Source: Acidobacteriota bacterium
Lineage (GTDB): Bacteria; Acidobacteriota; UBA4820; DSQY01
Length of the DNA: 64,000 nucleotides
Assembly (NCBI GenBank): GCA_037444825.1
Contig: JBBILR010000001.1
Span: forward strand, 11,879 to 75,878
Direction of reading: 5' to 3'
Of this stretch, positions 1 to 10,039 are shown one piece after another. Every line of letters begins with the position of its first letter. The first letter of the stretch is position 1. A program made the translations under genes and the position numbers. The notes beneath the pieces were generated by a model that was not told the DNA's origin, ran no database searches, and saw nothing but the letters and a program-made list of their open reading frames with translations.

Positions 1-891
1 GCCGATGACCACCACCCGGGGCAGGCCGTGGCGCTTTCCGGCCTCGAAGTCGTTGGGGTCGTGGGCCGGGGTGATCTTCACCGCGCCGGTCCCGAACTCC
101 CGGTCCACCATGGCGTCGGCCACCACGGGGATCTCCCGGTTCATGAGGGGGAGGACCACCGTCCGTCCCACCAAGGACCGGTACCGCTCGTCCTCCGGGT
201 GGACGGCCACCGCCGTGTCGCCCAGCATGGTCTCCGGCCGGGTGGTGGCCACCGTGACCCCTTCGCCGCCGTCCGGGGAGGGGTAGCGGATGGTCCAGAG
301 CGTCCCGCGGCTCTCGGCGTGTTCCACCTCCAGGTCCGACAGGGCCGTCCCGCAGCGGGGGCACCAGTTGACCATGTACTCGCCGCGGTAGATCAGCCCC
401 TCCCGGTAGAGGTCCACGAAGGCCTTCCGCACCGCCCGGCTGAGGTCGGGGTCCAGCGTGAAGCGGGTGCGGCTCCAGTCGCAGGAGGCCCCCAGCCGCC
501 GGAGCTGGCGCAGGATGGTGTCCCCCTTCTCGCGCCGCCACTCCCAGACCTTCTCCACGAAGGCTTCCCGGCCCAGATCCTCCCTTCGGATTCCTTGCTT
601 TTCCAGCTCCTTGCCCACCACCATCTGGGTGGCGATACCGGCGTGGTCGGTGCCGGGGAGCCACAGGGCGTCGTAGCCCTGCATCCGCCGCCAGCGGATG
701 AGGATGTCCTGCAACGTCACGAACATGGCGTGGCCGGTGTGGAGGGCCCCCGTGACGTTGGGCGGGGGGATGACGATGACGTAGGGCGGCTTGCCCGAAG
801 CGGGGTCGGCCCGGAAGTGGCCCTCCCCCTCCCAAAGGGCGTAGATCCTCTCCTCCACCTCGCCGGGAACGAACTGCTTGGGGATCTCCAT
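1..891 (-). CDS. valS: valyl-tRNA synthetase, N-terminal part (gene continues beyond window start)
   Basis: The minus-strand reading from ATG at 891 gives [21 protein letters not shown]... followed by HIGH-region-like [13 protein letters not shown], typical of class I ValRS. The ORF runs off the window edge, so it is absent from the ORF track. Confidence 0.85.
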   Translation of the reverse strand, partial: MEIPKQFVPGEVEERIYALWEGEGHFRADPASGKPPYVIVIPPPNVTGALHTGHAMFVTLQDILIRWRRMQGYDALWLPGTDHAGIATQMVVGKELEKQGIRREDLGREAFVEKVWEWRREKGDTILRQLRRLGASCDWSRTRFTLDPDLSRAVRKAFVDLYREGLIYRGEYMVNWCPRCGTALSDLEVEHAESRGTLWTIRYPSPDGGEGVTVATTRPETMLGDTAVAVHPEDERYRSLVGRTVVLPLMNREIPVVADAMVDREFGTGAVKITPAHDPNDFEAGKRHGLPRVVVIG

Positions 892-970
892 GGTGTCCTC
901 TCGACCCTTTCACGCGAACGAGGCCTTTCGGCCCCGATCGCACCCTCCGGTTGTGGTCGGGCCGGAAACC

Positions 971-2977
971 TCAGCCGGCTTCCGCTTCCAGCTCCTGGAT
1001 GCGGCGGCGGATGAGCGATTCGGCCAGCTCGGGGATCACCTCCCAGGCGACCTCCCGGACGATCTTGTCCACCTGGGCCTTGACCTCCTCCGCGGCCAGC
1101 GGCGGCAGGCTTCGGCCCACCTCCTCCCGGACGAGGGCGGGGAGGCTCTCCTCCAGGGCTTCCCGGACCAGCGCCGGGGCCTGGGCTTCCAATGTCTGCC
1201 GGAGGACCTGCGGCACCAAGGCCGAAACGGCCGTGGAGACGGCCTCGGGGGTCCGGGCCTCCGCCTCCCGGGCCACGGCGGGGGCCACCAGCCGCTCCGC
1301 CGCCTCCTGGACGGCGGGGCCAACCGACTCCTCGGCGGCCCGCCGGGCGGCGAAGGGAATCTCCTCGGAGAGCCGGCGGCGCACCTCCACCTCGGCGGCC
1401 TCGGCGGCGGCCGATGCGGCCCGCGAGGGCAGAACCTCGGCCAGGGAACGCTCCAGAAGCGCGGGAAGGGCCTCCTCCACGGCCTGCCGGGCGGCGGAGG
1501 GCAGGATCTCCCGGAGGGCCCCGCCCACCGCCGCGGGCACGGCCTCGGCCAACGCGCCGCGGAGGGTTTCCGGAAGCATCTCGTTCAGCCCGCGGGCCAC
1601 CAGACCCGGAACGAGGGTCTCCACCGCCGAACGGATGGAGCCCTCCAGAGCGGGGGCCGGGGCCGCCTCCTCCCGAATGACGGGGAAGGTGCCCGCCGCC
1701 GCCAGGGACTCCTTTTCCTCCTCAGGTTCCGGCGGCGGGACCACGGCCTCCTCCGCGGCTTCAAAGAGAGGGGCTTCCGGGGTGAGGGTTTCCCCGGCGG
1801 GGGCTTCGGAAAGCTCCGGGTAGGCTCCGGTCACCGGCTCCGGCGGAGGGGCGAAGGCCTCCTCGGGGGAGGGCGCGGGCGCCGCCTCGCCAGCGGGGGC
1901 TTCCAGAAAATCGGTCTTGTGGTCCAGGAGGTCGTGGGCCTCCGAGACCATCTCCTGCTGTTCGGTGAGGGCGTGGACGATCTCCACCGTCTCCTGTTCG
2001 GCCGCTGCGGAAACGTCGGGGGCGGCCGGGGCCTGCTCGGCGATGGGGGCCACGGTTTCCAGCTCGGCCTCGAAGGGCTCCTCCACGAAGGGCGGCAGAG
2101 AGGCGGCGACCTCTTCCTTGGGTTCCGGAGTTGCTTCACCCGCTTCGGCGGCGGGCAAGGGGGGCCCCAGGTCCACCGAGGGCTCGGGGGGCGGCACCAC
2201 CTGCTCCAAGGCGGCCTCCGAGACCGGTTCTTCGGTGATGGGGCCGAGGTCCAGGCCCTCGAAGGGTTCCGAAGGAGCGGAGGGCATCTCGGGGGCCGGG
2301 GGAGGAGGGGAGGCGGTGGCGACCTCGGAGGGCCCCGCCGCCGGGGGCTCCAGCGGCTGGAAGACCGTCGTGGCCGGGGGAGGGGCGCCGGTGCCGGAGG
2401 AGGTGGCCGTGTCCTCCAAGATGGGGAGTTCCGGCTCCGGGGGCATGGCGAACTCCGGCTCCCCCGAGGTGAAGGGAGCCTCGGCGGCCTGGGGGGCGGC
2501 GGGGGAGACGGCGGCCGGTTCTTCGGCGGGCGGCTCCTCCATGGTGAACTCCTGGCGGCTGTGGAAGACCTGGACCGGTCCTGCGCCCGCCTCCGGGGCG
2601 AAGAGCATCCGCTTGCGGATCAGCTCCTCCACCTTCTCGACGAGCATCTTGGAGTCGAAGGGCTTGGTGATGGTGAGGTCGGCCCCCGAGGCCCGGGCCT
2701 TCTCCTCGTCGAAGGGCTCGAAGGTCCCGGTGAGGAGGATCACCGGAATGGCGGCGTAGGCGGGGTTCCGCTTGACGAAGGCCGCCACGTCGTAGCCGTT
2801 CATCTCCGGCATGATGACGTCGCAGAGGAGGATGTCGGGGCGGTCCTCCTGGAGCTTCTGGACGGCGAGCTTCCCGTTGGAGACGGAGGTGACCTCGTAG
2901 TCCCCGTCCACGAAGGTGAGTTCCACCACCTTCTGGATGGTGACACTGTCGTCCGCGAGAAGGATCTTCTTCGGCAT
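971..2977 (-). CDS. response regulator: CheY-like receiver plus about 330-aa Pro/Ala/Glu-rich disordered linker plus conserved helical C-terminal repeat domain (RomR-like architecture)
   Basis: N-terminus MPKKILLADDSVTIQKVVELTFVDGDYEVTSVSNGKLAVQKLQEDRPDILLCDVIMPEMNGYDVAAF...TKPFD is a receiver domain. The middle is low-complexity P/A/E. The C-terminus has degenerate repeats (ALPALLERSLAEVLP, SLPALVREEV, IVREVAWEVIPELAESLIRRRIQELE). Confidence 0.8.
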   Translation of the reverse strand: MPKKILLADDSVTIQKVVELTFVDGDYEVTSVSNGKLAVQKLQEDRPDILLCDVIMPEMNGYDVAAFVKRNPAYAAIPVILLTGTFEPFDEEKARASGADLTITKPFDSKMLVEKVEELIRKRMLFAPEAGAGPVQVFHSRQEFTMEEPPAEEPAAVSPAAPQAAEAPFTSGEPEFAMPPEPELPILEDTATSSGTGAPPPATTVFQPLEPPAAGPSEVATASPPPPAPEMPSAPSEPFEGLDLGPITEEPVSEAALEQVVPPPEPSVDLGPPLPAAEAGEATPEPKEEVAASLPPFVEEPFEAELETVAPIAEQAPAAPDVSAAAEQETVEIVHALTEQQEMVSEAHDLLDHKTDFLEAPAGEAAPAPSPEEAFAPPPEPVTGAYPELSEAPAGETLTPEAPLFEAAEEAVVPPPEPEEEKESLAAAGTFPVIREEAAPAPALEGSIRSAVETLVPGLVARGLNEMLPETLRGALAEAVPAAVGGALREILPSAARQAVEEALPALLERSLAEVLPSRAASAAAEAAEVEVRRRLSEEIPFAARRAAEESVGPAVQEAAERLVAPAVAREAEARTPEAVSTAVSALVPQVLRQTLEAQAPALVREALEESLPALVREEVGRSLPPLAAEEVKAQVDKIVREVAWEVIPELAESLIRRRIQELEAEAG

Positions 2978-3005
2978 GGCGGCCCCCTATTCCATCCCAA
3001 GCATT

Positions 3006-3374
3006 TTAACGAAGCCCGCAGGCCCTGTAAAGCCTTTCCACGTCCACGAGGCCCATCCCCTCGTCCACCCCCTCTCCCTGTCCCTCGGGTGGGACGGCGG
3101 AGGTGGCTTGGAGGGCCGCCCCGAGCCCGGGCAGGGCCAAGGGAAGCCCCTCCCGCTCCAGCACCACCAGGAGACGGGGAGGGGCGGTCCTTCCGAAGAA
3201 AAAGGAGGGGTCGGCCACCGGCACCGCCTCCCCCCCCACCACCAGGATCCCCAGGAGCCAGGAGGCCCCGCGGGGAAGGGGCAGGGGGGGCTCGAAGTCC
3301 CGAATCTCCCGCACCGCCTCGGCGGGGATGGCCCAGCGCCCCTCGCCGGTGTCCAGAATCACGACGCCGGGCAT
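3006..3374 (-). CDS. single-domain CheW-like protein (copy 1)
   Basis: MPGVVILDTGEGRWAIPAEAVREI...LPLPRGASWLLGILVVGGEAVPVADP...LLVVLEREGLPLALPGLGA aligns to the two CheW subdomain motifs. The start is fixed by residue count (M197 of the 3006..3962 ORF). It overlaps the upstream gene by 16 nt. Confidence 0.6.
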   Translation of the reverse strand: MPGVVILDTGEGRWAIPAEAVREIRDFEPPLPLPRGASWLLGILVVGGEAVPVADPSFFFGRTAPPRLLVVLEREGLPLALPGLGAALQATSAVPPEGQGEGVDEGMGLVDVERLYRACGLR

Positions 3375-3766
3375 GCCAGGGCCTCCAGGGCCTCGGGGTC
3401 GGCCACGAAGGCGCCCCGCCGCCCGTCCCAGAGAAGGGCCCGGGCCCAGGGGGGGCGCTCGGCGAAGCAGGCGGGAGGCAGGGGGAGGTAGCGCCAGGGG
3501 CGCTGGGTGGGATCGGCCGCGTCCTCGAAGAGCCAGGCCCGGCCCGTGTCCAGGAGCACCAAAATCCCCGGTTCCGGGGGTCCCGCGGGAAATCCCAGAA
3601 AACGCCCCACGTCCAGCGCCGCCGGAAGGTGGTGAGGGAAGTCGGGGGCTCCCCGGTGCAGCACCCGCACGACGCGGGGAAGGGGGAGCGCCACGAGGAG
3701 ACCCCCGGCGGCCTTCGCGAAGAGCCACGGCTCGGCCACTTCCACCTCCCAGGTCCAAGGATACAC
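3359..3766 (-). CDS. single-domain CheW-like protein (copy 2)
   Basis: MYPWTWEVEVAEPWLFAKAAGGLLVALPLPRVVRVL...ILVLLDTGRAWLFEDAA has the same CheW-like pattern as copy 1. It is a different frame with the same orientation. Confidence 0.5.
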   Translation of the reverse strand: MYPWTWEVEVAEPWLFAKAAGGLLVALPLPRVVRVLHRGAPDFPHHLPAALDVGRFLGFPAGPPEPGILVLLDTGRAWLFEDAADPTQRPWRYLPLPPACFAERPPWARALLWDGRRGAFVADPEALEALACPAS

Positions 3767-3853
3767 CGTCTCTCGCGGGTGCGGGACCTTTCCGGGCGCT
3801 CGTTTCCTGGGGCAATTCCCCCAAAACGCGGACTCCCCGGCCGCCGGAAAGGG

Positions 3854-3881
3854 TGGACATGCGGGCCATGAGGCCTATAAT
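3854..3881 (+). promoter_or_regulatory. sigma70-like promoter TGGACA-16nt-TATAAT upstream of nifJ
   Basis: A perfect TATAAT at 3876-3881 is striking in 70% GC DNA. The -35-like TGGACA lies at 3854-3859. It sits about 130 nt upstream of the nifJ ATG at 4014. Confidence 0.45.
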
Positions 3882-4013
3882 ATCGCCTTCGAGGTTCCGT
3901 CGGTACGCTTCCTCGAACGGTGGCCGAATGCGGAGGGCGTCCGCCAAGGGACGAAGCGGCAAGGCACGGATTCAACCCTGGGACGCCCTCCTTCCTCACA
4001 ACGGAGTCCCGAC

Positions 4014-7000
4014 ATGCCCAAACGAATGGTGACCATCGACGGAAACGAGGCCGCGGCCTACGTGGCCCACAAGGTCAACGAGGTCTGCGCCATCTATCCC
4101 ATCACGCCCTCCTCCCCCATGGGGGAGTGGGCCGACCAGTGGTCCTCCGAAGGGAAGAAGAACGTCTGGGGAACGGTGCCGGCCGTGGTGGAGCTCCAGA
4201 GCGAGGGGGGGGCCTCCGGGGCCGTCCACGGAGCCCTCCAGACGGGCGCCCTGACGACCACCTTCACCGCCTCCCAGGGGCTGCTCCTCATGATCCCCAA
4301 CATGTTCAAGATCGCCGGGGAGCTCACCTCCACCGTTTTCCACGTCTCCGCCCGCACGGTGGCCACCCACGCCCTCTCCATCTTCGGCGACCACAGCGAC
4401 GTCATGGCGGTGCGGTCCACCGGCTGGGGCCTGCTCTGCTCCAACTCCGTCCAGGAGATCATGGACTTCGCCCTCATCGCCCAGGCGGCCACCCTCGAGG
4501 GGCGGGTCCCCGTCCTCCACTTCTTCGACGGCTTCCGCTCCTCCCACGAAGTCCAGAAGATCGAGGTCCTCTCCGACGAGACCCTCAAAGCCATGATCGA
4601 CGACGACCTCGTGAGGGCCCACCGGGGGCGCGCCCTCTCCCCCGACCGCCCGGTCCTCCGCGGGACGGCCCAGAACCCCGACGTCTTCTTCCAGGCCCGG
4701 GAGCGGTGCAACCCCTTCTACCAGGCCTTCCCCGCCGTGGTGCAGCGGGCCATGGACAAGTTCGCCTCGCTCACCGGCCGCGCCTACCACCTCTTCGACT
4801 ACGTGGGGGCCCCCGACGCCGAGCGGGTGATCGTCATGATGGGCTCCGGGGCCGAGGCGGCCCACGAGACGGTGGAGTACCTCTGCGCCCGGGGGGAGAA
4901 GGTGGGCCTCCTCAAGGTTCGCCTCTACCGGCCCTTCGACGGCGACGCCTTCCTCAAAGCCCTCCCCTGGACGGTGAGGTCCTTGGCGGTGCTGGACCGC
5001 ACCAAAGAACCCGGGTCCGCCGGCGAGCCCCTCTACGAGGACGTCCTCACCGTCCTCGGCGAGGCGCAGGCGGCGGGAACCCTCCCCTTCCGCTTCCCCA
5101 AAGTGATCGGCGGCCGGTACGGCCTCTCCTCCAAGGAGTTCACCCCGGCCATGGTGAAGGCGGTGCTGGACGAGGCCGGCCGGGAGAAGCCCAAGAACCA
5201 CTTCACGGTGGGGATCGAGGACGACGTCACCCACCTGAGCCTTCCCTACGACCCGAACTTCACCGTCGAGCCCGACGAGGTGATCCGGTGCCTCTTCTAC
5301 GGCCTCGGTTCCGACGGGACCGTGGGCGCCAACAAGAACTCCATCAAGATCATCGGGGAGGAGACGGAGAACTACGCCCAGGGGTACTTCGTCTACGACT
5401 CCAAGAAGTCGGGCTCCATCACCGTGAGCCACCTCCGCTTCGGCCCCCGGCCCATCCGCTCCACCTACCTCGTGAGCCGGGCCAACTTCCTGGCCTGCCA
5501 CGCCTTCGTCTTCCTCGAGAAGTACGACATGCTGCGGGACCTCGTGGAGGGGGGCGTCTTCCTCCTCAACAGCCCCTACGGCCCCGAGGAGGTCTGGGAC
5601 AAGCTCCCGCGGTCGGTCCAGGAGGACCTCATCGCCAAGAAGGCCCGCTTCTTCGTCATCGACGGCTACAAGGTGGCGAGGGAGTCGGGCATGGGCGGCC
5701 GGGTGAACACCATCATGCAGACCTGCTTCTTCGCCATCTCCGGCGTCCTCCCCCGGGAGGAGGCGGTGGCCGCCATCAAGAAGTCCATCGAGAAGACCTA
5801 CGGCAAGAAAGGCGAGGACGTGGTGCGCAAGAACTTCGAGGCGGTGGACCGAACCCTGGCCAACCTCTTCGAGGTGAAGCTCCCCGAACGGGCCACCAGC
5901 GCCTTCGACCGGCCCCCGGTGGTCTCCCCCGAGGCGCCGGAGTACGTCCGGACCACCCTCGCCAAGATCCTCGCCAACCGGGGCGACGAGGTGAAGGTCT
6001 CCGAAATGCCCCCCGACGGGACCTTCCCCACCGCCACCGCCCGCTGGGAGAAGCGCAACATCGCCCTGGAGATCCCCGTCTGGGACGAGAAGATCTGCAT
6101 CCAGTGCGGCAAGTGCGCCCTGGTCTGCCCCCACGCGGCCATTCGCATCAAGGCCTACGACCCGCTCCACCTGAAGGGGGCGCCGAGGACCTTCAAGTCC
6201 ATGGACTACAAGGGCCAGGAGTTCAAGGGGTGGAAGTACACCGTCCAGGTGGCCCCCGAGGACTGCACCGGGTGCGGGATTTGCGCCGCCGTCTGCCCCG
6301 CCAAGGACAAGAGCAACGTCCGCCACAAGGCGCTGGACATGGCCGACCAGATCCCCCTGCGGGAACCGGAGCGGGAGAACTTCGCCTTCTTCCTCTCCCT
6401 GCCCGAGGTGGACCGGGCCTCCGTGAAGGTGGACACCGTCAAGGGCTCCCAGTTCCTGGAGCCCCTCTTCGAGTTCTCCGGCGCCTGCGCCGGGTGCGGC
6501 GAGACCCCGTACGTGAAGCTCCTCTCCCAGCTCTTCGGCGACCGGGCCATCATCGCCAACGCCACGGGCTGTTCGTCCATCTACGGCGGGAACCTCCCCA
6601 CCACCCCCTGGGCGGTGAACCGGGAGGGCCGGGGCCCTGCCTGGTCCAACTCCCTCTTCGAGGACAACGCGGAGTTCGGCTACGGCTTCCGCCTGACCCT
6701 CGACAAGCACAACGAGTACGCGCGGGAGCTCCTCCGGAAACTGGCCGGGCGGCTGGGGGACGACCTGGTCACGGGGCTTCTGGAAGCCCACCAGAAGGAC
6801 GAGGCGGGGATCGCCGCCCAGCGCGCCCGGGTGGCCGAACTCAAGAAGCGCCTCGAGGGCATGGACGACCCCGACGCGAAGAACCTCCTCTCCGTGGCCG
6901 ACGCCCTGGTGAAGAAGAGCGTCTGGATCGTCGGCGGCGACGGTTGGGCCTACGACATCGGGTACGGCGGCCTCGACCACGTCCTGGCCTCCGGCCGGAA

Positions 7001-7601
7001 CGTCAACGTCCTCGTCTTGGACACGGAGGTCTACTCCAACACCGGCGGCCAGTGCTCCAAGGCCACCCCCATGGGGGCGGTGGCGAAGTTCGCCGCTTCG
7101 GGAAAGCCCCTGGGCAAGAAGGACCTGGGCATGCTGGCCCTCACCTACGGCAACATCTACGTCGCGCGGGTGGCCATGGGGGCCAGCGACGCCCAGACGG
7201 TGAAGGCCTTCCTGGAGGCCGAAGCCTACGACGGCCCCTCCCTCATCATCGCTTACAGCCACTGCATCGCCCACGGCTTCGACCTCGTGGAGGGAATGGC
7301 CCACCAGAAGGACGCGGTGGAGAGCGGCGCCTGGCCCCTCTTCCGCTACAACCCCGAGCTGCTGGCCCAGGGGAAGAACCCGCTCAAGCTGGACTCCAAA
7401 CCGCCCAGGATCCGCTACGCCGACTACGCCCTCAAGGAGACCCGATTCCGGATGCTCACCAAGAGCCACCCCGAGAACGCCCAGCGCCTCCTGAAGGCCG
7501 CCGACGCGGAGATCCTCTGGCGCTGGAAGATGTACGAGCAGCTGGCCGCCATGGCCGTCGGCGGGGCCGAGACGCAGCCCGAGGGCGCTACGAAGGAGTG
7601 A
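4014..7601 (+). CDS. nifJ: pyruvate:ferredoxin (flavodoxin) oxidoreductase, single-polypeptide PFOR
   Basis: 1195 aa. It starts [41 protein letters not shown] and contains ferredoxin-type [12 protein letters not shown] and [12 protein letters not shown] motifs plus the TPP domain [12 protein letters not shown]. Confidence 0.95.
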   Translation: MPKRMVTIDGNEAAAYVAHKVNEVCAIYPITPSSPMGEWADQWSSEGKKNVWGTVPAVVELQSEGGASGAVHGALQTGALTTTFTASQGLLLMIPNMFKIAGELTSTVFHVSARTVATHALSIFGDHSDVMAVRSTGWGLLCSNSVQEIMDFALIAQAATLEGRVPVLHFFDGFRSSHEVQKIEVLSDETLKAMIDDDLVRAHRGRALSPDRPVLRGTAQNPDVFFQARERCNPFYQAFPAVVQRAMDKFASLTGRAYHLFDYVGAPDAERVIVMMGSGAEAAHETVEYLCARGEKVGLLKVRLYRPFDGDAFLKALPWTVRSLAVLDRTKEPGSAGEPLYEDVLTVLGEAQAAGTLPFRFPKVIGGRYGLSSKEFTPAMVKAVLDEAGREKPKNHFTVGIEDDVTHLSLPYDPNFTVEPDEVIRCLFYGLGSDGTVGANKNSIKIIGEETENYAQGYFVYDSKKSGSITVSHLRFGPRPIRSTYLVSRANFLACHAFVFLEKYDMLRDLVEGGVFLLNSPYGPEEVWDKLPRSVQEDLIAKKARFFVIDGYKVARESGMGGRVNTIMQTCFFAISGVLPREEAVAAIKKSIEKTYGKKGEDVVRKNFEAVDRTLANLFEVKLPERATSAFDRPPVVSPEAPEYVRTTLAKILANRGDEVKVSEMPPDGTFPTATARWEKRNIALEIPVWDEKICIQCGKCALVCPHAAIRIKAYDPLHLKGAPRTFKSMDYKGQEFKGWKYTVQVAPEDCTGCGICAAVCPAKDKSNVRHKALDMADQIPLREPERENFAFFLSLPEVDRASVKVDTVKGSQFLEPLFEFSGACAGCGETPYVKLLSQLFGDRAIIANATGCSSIYGGNLPTTPWAVNREGRGPAWSNSLFEDNAEFGYGFRLTLDKHNEYARELLRKLAGRLGDDLVTGLLEAHQKDEAGIAAQRARVAELKKRLEGMDDPDAKNLLSVADALVKKSVWIVGGDGWAYDIGYGGLDHVLASGRNVNVLVLDTEVYSNTGGQCSKATPMGAVAKFAASGKPLGKKDLGMLALTYGNIYVARVAMGASDAQTVKAFLEAEAYDGPSLIIAYSHCIAHGFDLVEGMAHQKDAVESGAWPLFRYNPELLAQGKNPLKLDSKPPRIRYADYALKETRFRMLTKSHPENAQRLLKAADAEILWRWKMYEQLAAMAVGGAETQPEGATKE

Positions 7602-7608
7602 ACCGAAC

Positions 7609-7640
7609 GGAGGGGCGGCCCCCCGCCCCTCCCCCTTTTC
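7609..7640 (+). terminator. perfect 10-bp GC hairpin (GGAGGGGCGG-CCCC-CCGCCCCTCC) followed by CCCTTTTC; intrinsic terminator or attenuator between nifJ and the downstream gene
   Basis: Read directly from the sequence. It lies 8 nt after the nifJ stop and 8 nt before the next ATG at 7648. Confidence 0.5.
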
Positions 7641-7647
7641 CCGGGGG

Positions 7648-8643
7648 ATGACCATGGACCTCTCGACCAGTTACATGGGCCTGAACCTTCGCAACCCGCT
7701 GGTGGCCTCCGCCAGCCCTCTCACCTCCGACCTGGACACCCTCAAGAACCTGGAGGACAAGGGGATCGCCGCCGTGGTCCTGGAGTCGGTCTTCGAGGAG
7801 CAGATCCGCAAGGAAGGGGAGGGACTGGACCACTTCCTCTCCTACGGGGCCGAGAGTTACGCCGAGGCCCTCTCCTACTTCCCGCCCCGGGACGACTTCT
7901 CCTACGGCCCCGACGAGGTGCTGGAGCACATCCGGCGGGCCAAGGCGGCCCTCTCCATCCCCGTCATCGCCAGCCTCAACGGCGTCTCGGTGGGCGGGTG
8001 GATGGACTACGCCCGCAAGATGCAGGAAGCCGGGGCCGACGCCATCGAGCTCAACGTCTACTACATCCCCACGGACCCCTCCATCTCCGGGGCGGAGGTG
8101 GAGCGGATGTACGAGGAGGACGTGAAGACGGTGAAGGCCGCCGTCACCATCCCCCTGGCGGTGAAGCTGAGCCCCTTCTTCAGCAACCTGGCCCACACGG
8201 CCAAGCGCCTGGACGAGGCGGGCGCCGACGCCCTGGTTCTCTTCAACCGCTTTTACCAGCCCGACATCGACCTGGAGACGCTGGAGGTGGTCCCCAACCT
8301 GGTCCTCTCCTCTCCCCACGAGATGCGCCTTCCCCTCCGGTGGGTGGCCATCCTCCACGGGCGGATCCGGGCGGACCTGGCGGCCACCAGCGGCATCCAT
8401 CGGGCCGAGGACGTCCTCAAGATGCTCATGGCTGGCGCCAACGTGACCATGATGGCCTCGGCGCTGCTCCTCCACGGCGTGGAGCGGGTGGCGGAAATCC
8501 TCCAGGGGATGCGGGCTTGGATGGAGGAGCGGGAGTACGTTTCCGTCCGCCAGATGATCGGCAGCCTGAGCCAGAAGTGCTGCCCCGAACCGGCGGCCTT
8601 CGAACGCGCCAACTACATGAAGACGCTCCAAAGTTACCGCTAG
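7648..8643 (+). CDS. dihydroorotate dehydrogenase-family (class 1 DHOD-like) TIM-barrel flavoprotein
   Basis: [53 protein letters not shown]... shows DHOD/DHPD-like TIM-barrel motifs. It is 331 aa. Confidence 0.75.
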   Translation: MTMDLSTSYMGLNLRNPLVASASPLTSDLDTLKNLEDKGIAAVVLESVFEEQIRKEGEGLDHFLSYGAESYAEALSYFPPRDDFSYGPDEVLEHIRRAKAALSIPVIASLNGVSVGGWMDYARKMQEAGADAIELNVYYIPTDPSISGAEVERMYEEDVKTVKAAVTIPLAVKLSPFFSNLAHTAKRLDEAGADALVLFNRFYQPDIDLETLEVVPNLVLSSPHEMRLPLRWVAILHGRIRADLAATSGIHRAEDVLKMLMAGANVTMMASALLLHGVERVAEILQGMRAWMEEREYVSVRQMIGSLSQKCCPEPAAFERANYMKTLQSYR

Positions 8644-8648
8644 CGGCA

Positions 8649-8671
8649 GGGAGGGGGGAGAGCCCCCTCCC
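8649..8671 (+). other. perfect 9-bp GC hairpin GGGAGGGGG-GAGAG-CCCCCTCCC immediately after the DHOD-like stop (no U-tract)
   Basis: Read directly from the sequence. Confidence 0.35.
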
Positions 8672-8743
8672 TCCGCCGGTGCCCCGGGAGATCCCCCTCC
8701 TTCCGGGTTCCTCCGAAGGGGAGGGGGATGGAGGGGTGGGTCC

Positions 8744-10018
8744 ATGCCGAACGAGACGGTCTTCGCCCTGAACGGGAAGGAGCAGCGGGAACTCCTGGAG
8801 CGCTTTCTCCGCTACATCGCCGTGGACACCCGCTCCAGCGAGACCTCCGAGACCTTCCCCTCCACGGAAGGGCAGTGGGACCTCCTGCGGATGCTGAGGG
8901 GCGAACTGGAAGCCCTCGGCCTGAGTGACGTGGATCTGGACGGCCACGGCTACCTCACGGCCACCCTACCTTCCAACCTGCCCCCAGGGCAAGCGGCCCC
9001 CACCGTGGGCTTCCTGGCCCACGTGGACACCTATCCCTCCACCCCGGGAAAGTGCGAGAACCCCCAGGTGATCGAACGCTACGACGGCGGGGACATCCCC
9101 CTGCGGGGAGCCCCGGGGAGGTTTCTCCGGGCCTCCGAGAACCCGTTGCTCCTGAAATGCGTGGGAGATACGGTGATCACCACCGACGGCACCACCCTGT
9201 TGGGGGCCGACGACAAGGCCGGCGTGGCCGAGATCATGACGGGCCTCGCCTGGCTCCTGAGCCACCCCGAGGTCCCCCACGGGAGGATCCGGGTGGCCTT
9301 CACCCCCGACGAGGAGACGGGGAAGGGCATGCGCTTCTTCGACGTGGGGACGTTCGGGGCGGACGTGGCCTACACCTTCGACGGGTCGGTCCTCGGCGAA
9401 ATCGAGGTGGAGACCTTCCACGCCGATTCGGCCGCCATCACGGTGACAGGCGAGGACACCCACCCCGGCACCGCCAAAGGGCGCATGGTGAACGCCCTGA
9501 GGGCCGCCGCTGGGCTGATCCACCGCCTCCCCGAAGGGCACCTTCCCGAGACCACCGAAGGGCGGGAGTCCTTCCTGCACCCCTACGCCATCCAGGGGGA
9601 GGTGGGGAAGGTCACCGTCCAGGCGCTGGTGCGGGCCTTCACCCGGGAGGAGCTCCGGCAGCGGGAGGAAGACCTCTTGAGGATCGCCAAGGAGACGGAG
9701 TCGGCCTTTCCGGGCTGTTCGGTGGAGGTGCGCTTCGAGGAGTCCTACCGGAACATGAAGGAGATCCTGGACCGCCACCCTGTGGTGGTGGAGAAGGCGG
9801 TGGAGGCGGTCCGGCTCTCGGGGCTCGAACCGGTCCTCGGCGCCATCCGGGGCGGCACCGACGGGGCCCACCTCTGCTTCCGGGGCCTGCCCACCCCCAA
9901 CGTCTTCGCCGGGGGGGTGAACTTCCACGGCGTCACCGAGTGGGTGAGCCTGCGGTGGATGGCCAAGGCCGTGGAGACCTTCCTCCACCTCGCCCGCCTC
10001 TGGGGCCGGGGCGCCTGA
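8744..10018 (+). CDS. pepT: peptidase T (tripeptide aminopeptidase, M20B)
   Basis: MPNETVFALNGKEQRELLERFLRYIAVDTRSSE...GFLAHVDTYPS...LLGADDKAGVAEIM...VAFTPDEETG matches the PepT family. Confidence 0.9.
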   Translation: MPNETVFALNGKEQRELLERFLRYIAVDTRSSETSETFPSTEGQWDLLRMLRGELEALGLSDVDLDGHGYLTATLPSNLPPGQAAPTVGFLAHVDTYPSTPGKCENPQVIERYDGGDIPLRGAPGRFLRASENPLLLKCVGDTVITTDGTTLLGADDKAGVAEIMTGLAWLLSHPEVPHGRIRVAFTPDEETGKGMRFFDVGTFGADVAYTFDGSVLGEIEVETFHADSAAITVTGEDTHPGTAKGRMVNALRAAAGLIHRLPEGHLPETTEGRESFLHPYAIQGEVGKVTVQALVRAFTREELRQREEDLLRIAKETESAFPGCSVEVRFEESYRNMKEILDRHPVVVEKAVEAVRLSGLEPVLGAIRGGTDGAHLCFRGLPTPNVFAGGVNFHGVTEWVSLRWMAKAVETFLHLARLWGRGA

Positions 10019-10039
10019 GAACCCCCCGCCCGCCGGCGG

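Noticed and set aside
878-3871. 997-aa plus-strand ORF full of G/R/L/P runs
   Set aside because: It lies antisense to the receiver and CheW-like genes and has low-complexity GC-driven composition with no domain signatures. High-GC genomes typically carry open antisense frames like this.
3920-7655. 1243-aa plus and 1219-aa minus ORFs spanning nifJ in other frames
   Set aside because: The nifJ frame has unambiguous PFOR motifs along its whole length. The shadows are Arg/Gly/Pro-rich and featureless.
10019-10039. CGCCGGCG self-complementary 8-mer between convergent pepT and glnA
   Set aside because: It is too short, has no U-tract and is a generic GC palindrome. I did not call a terminator.
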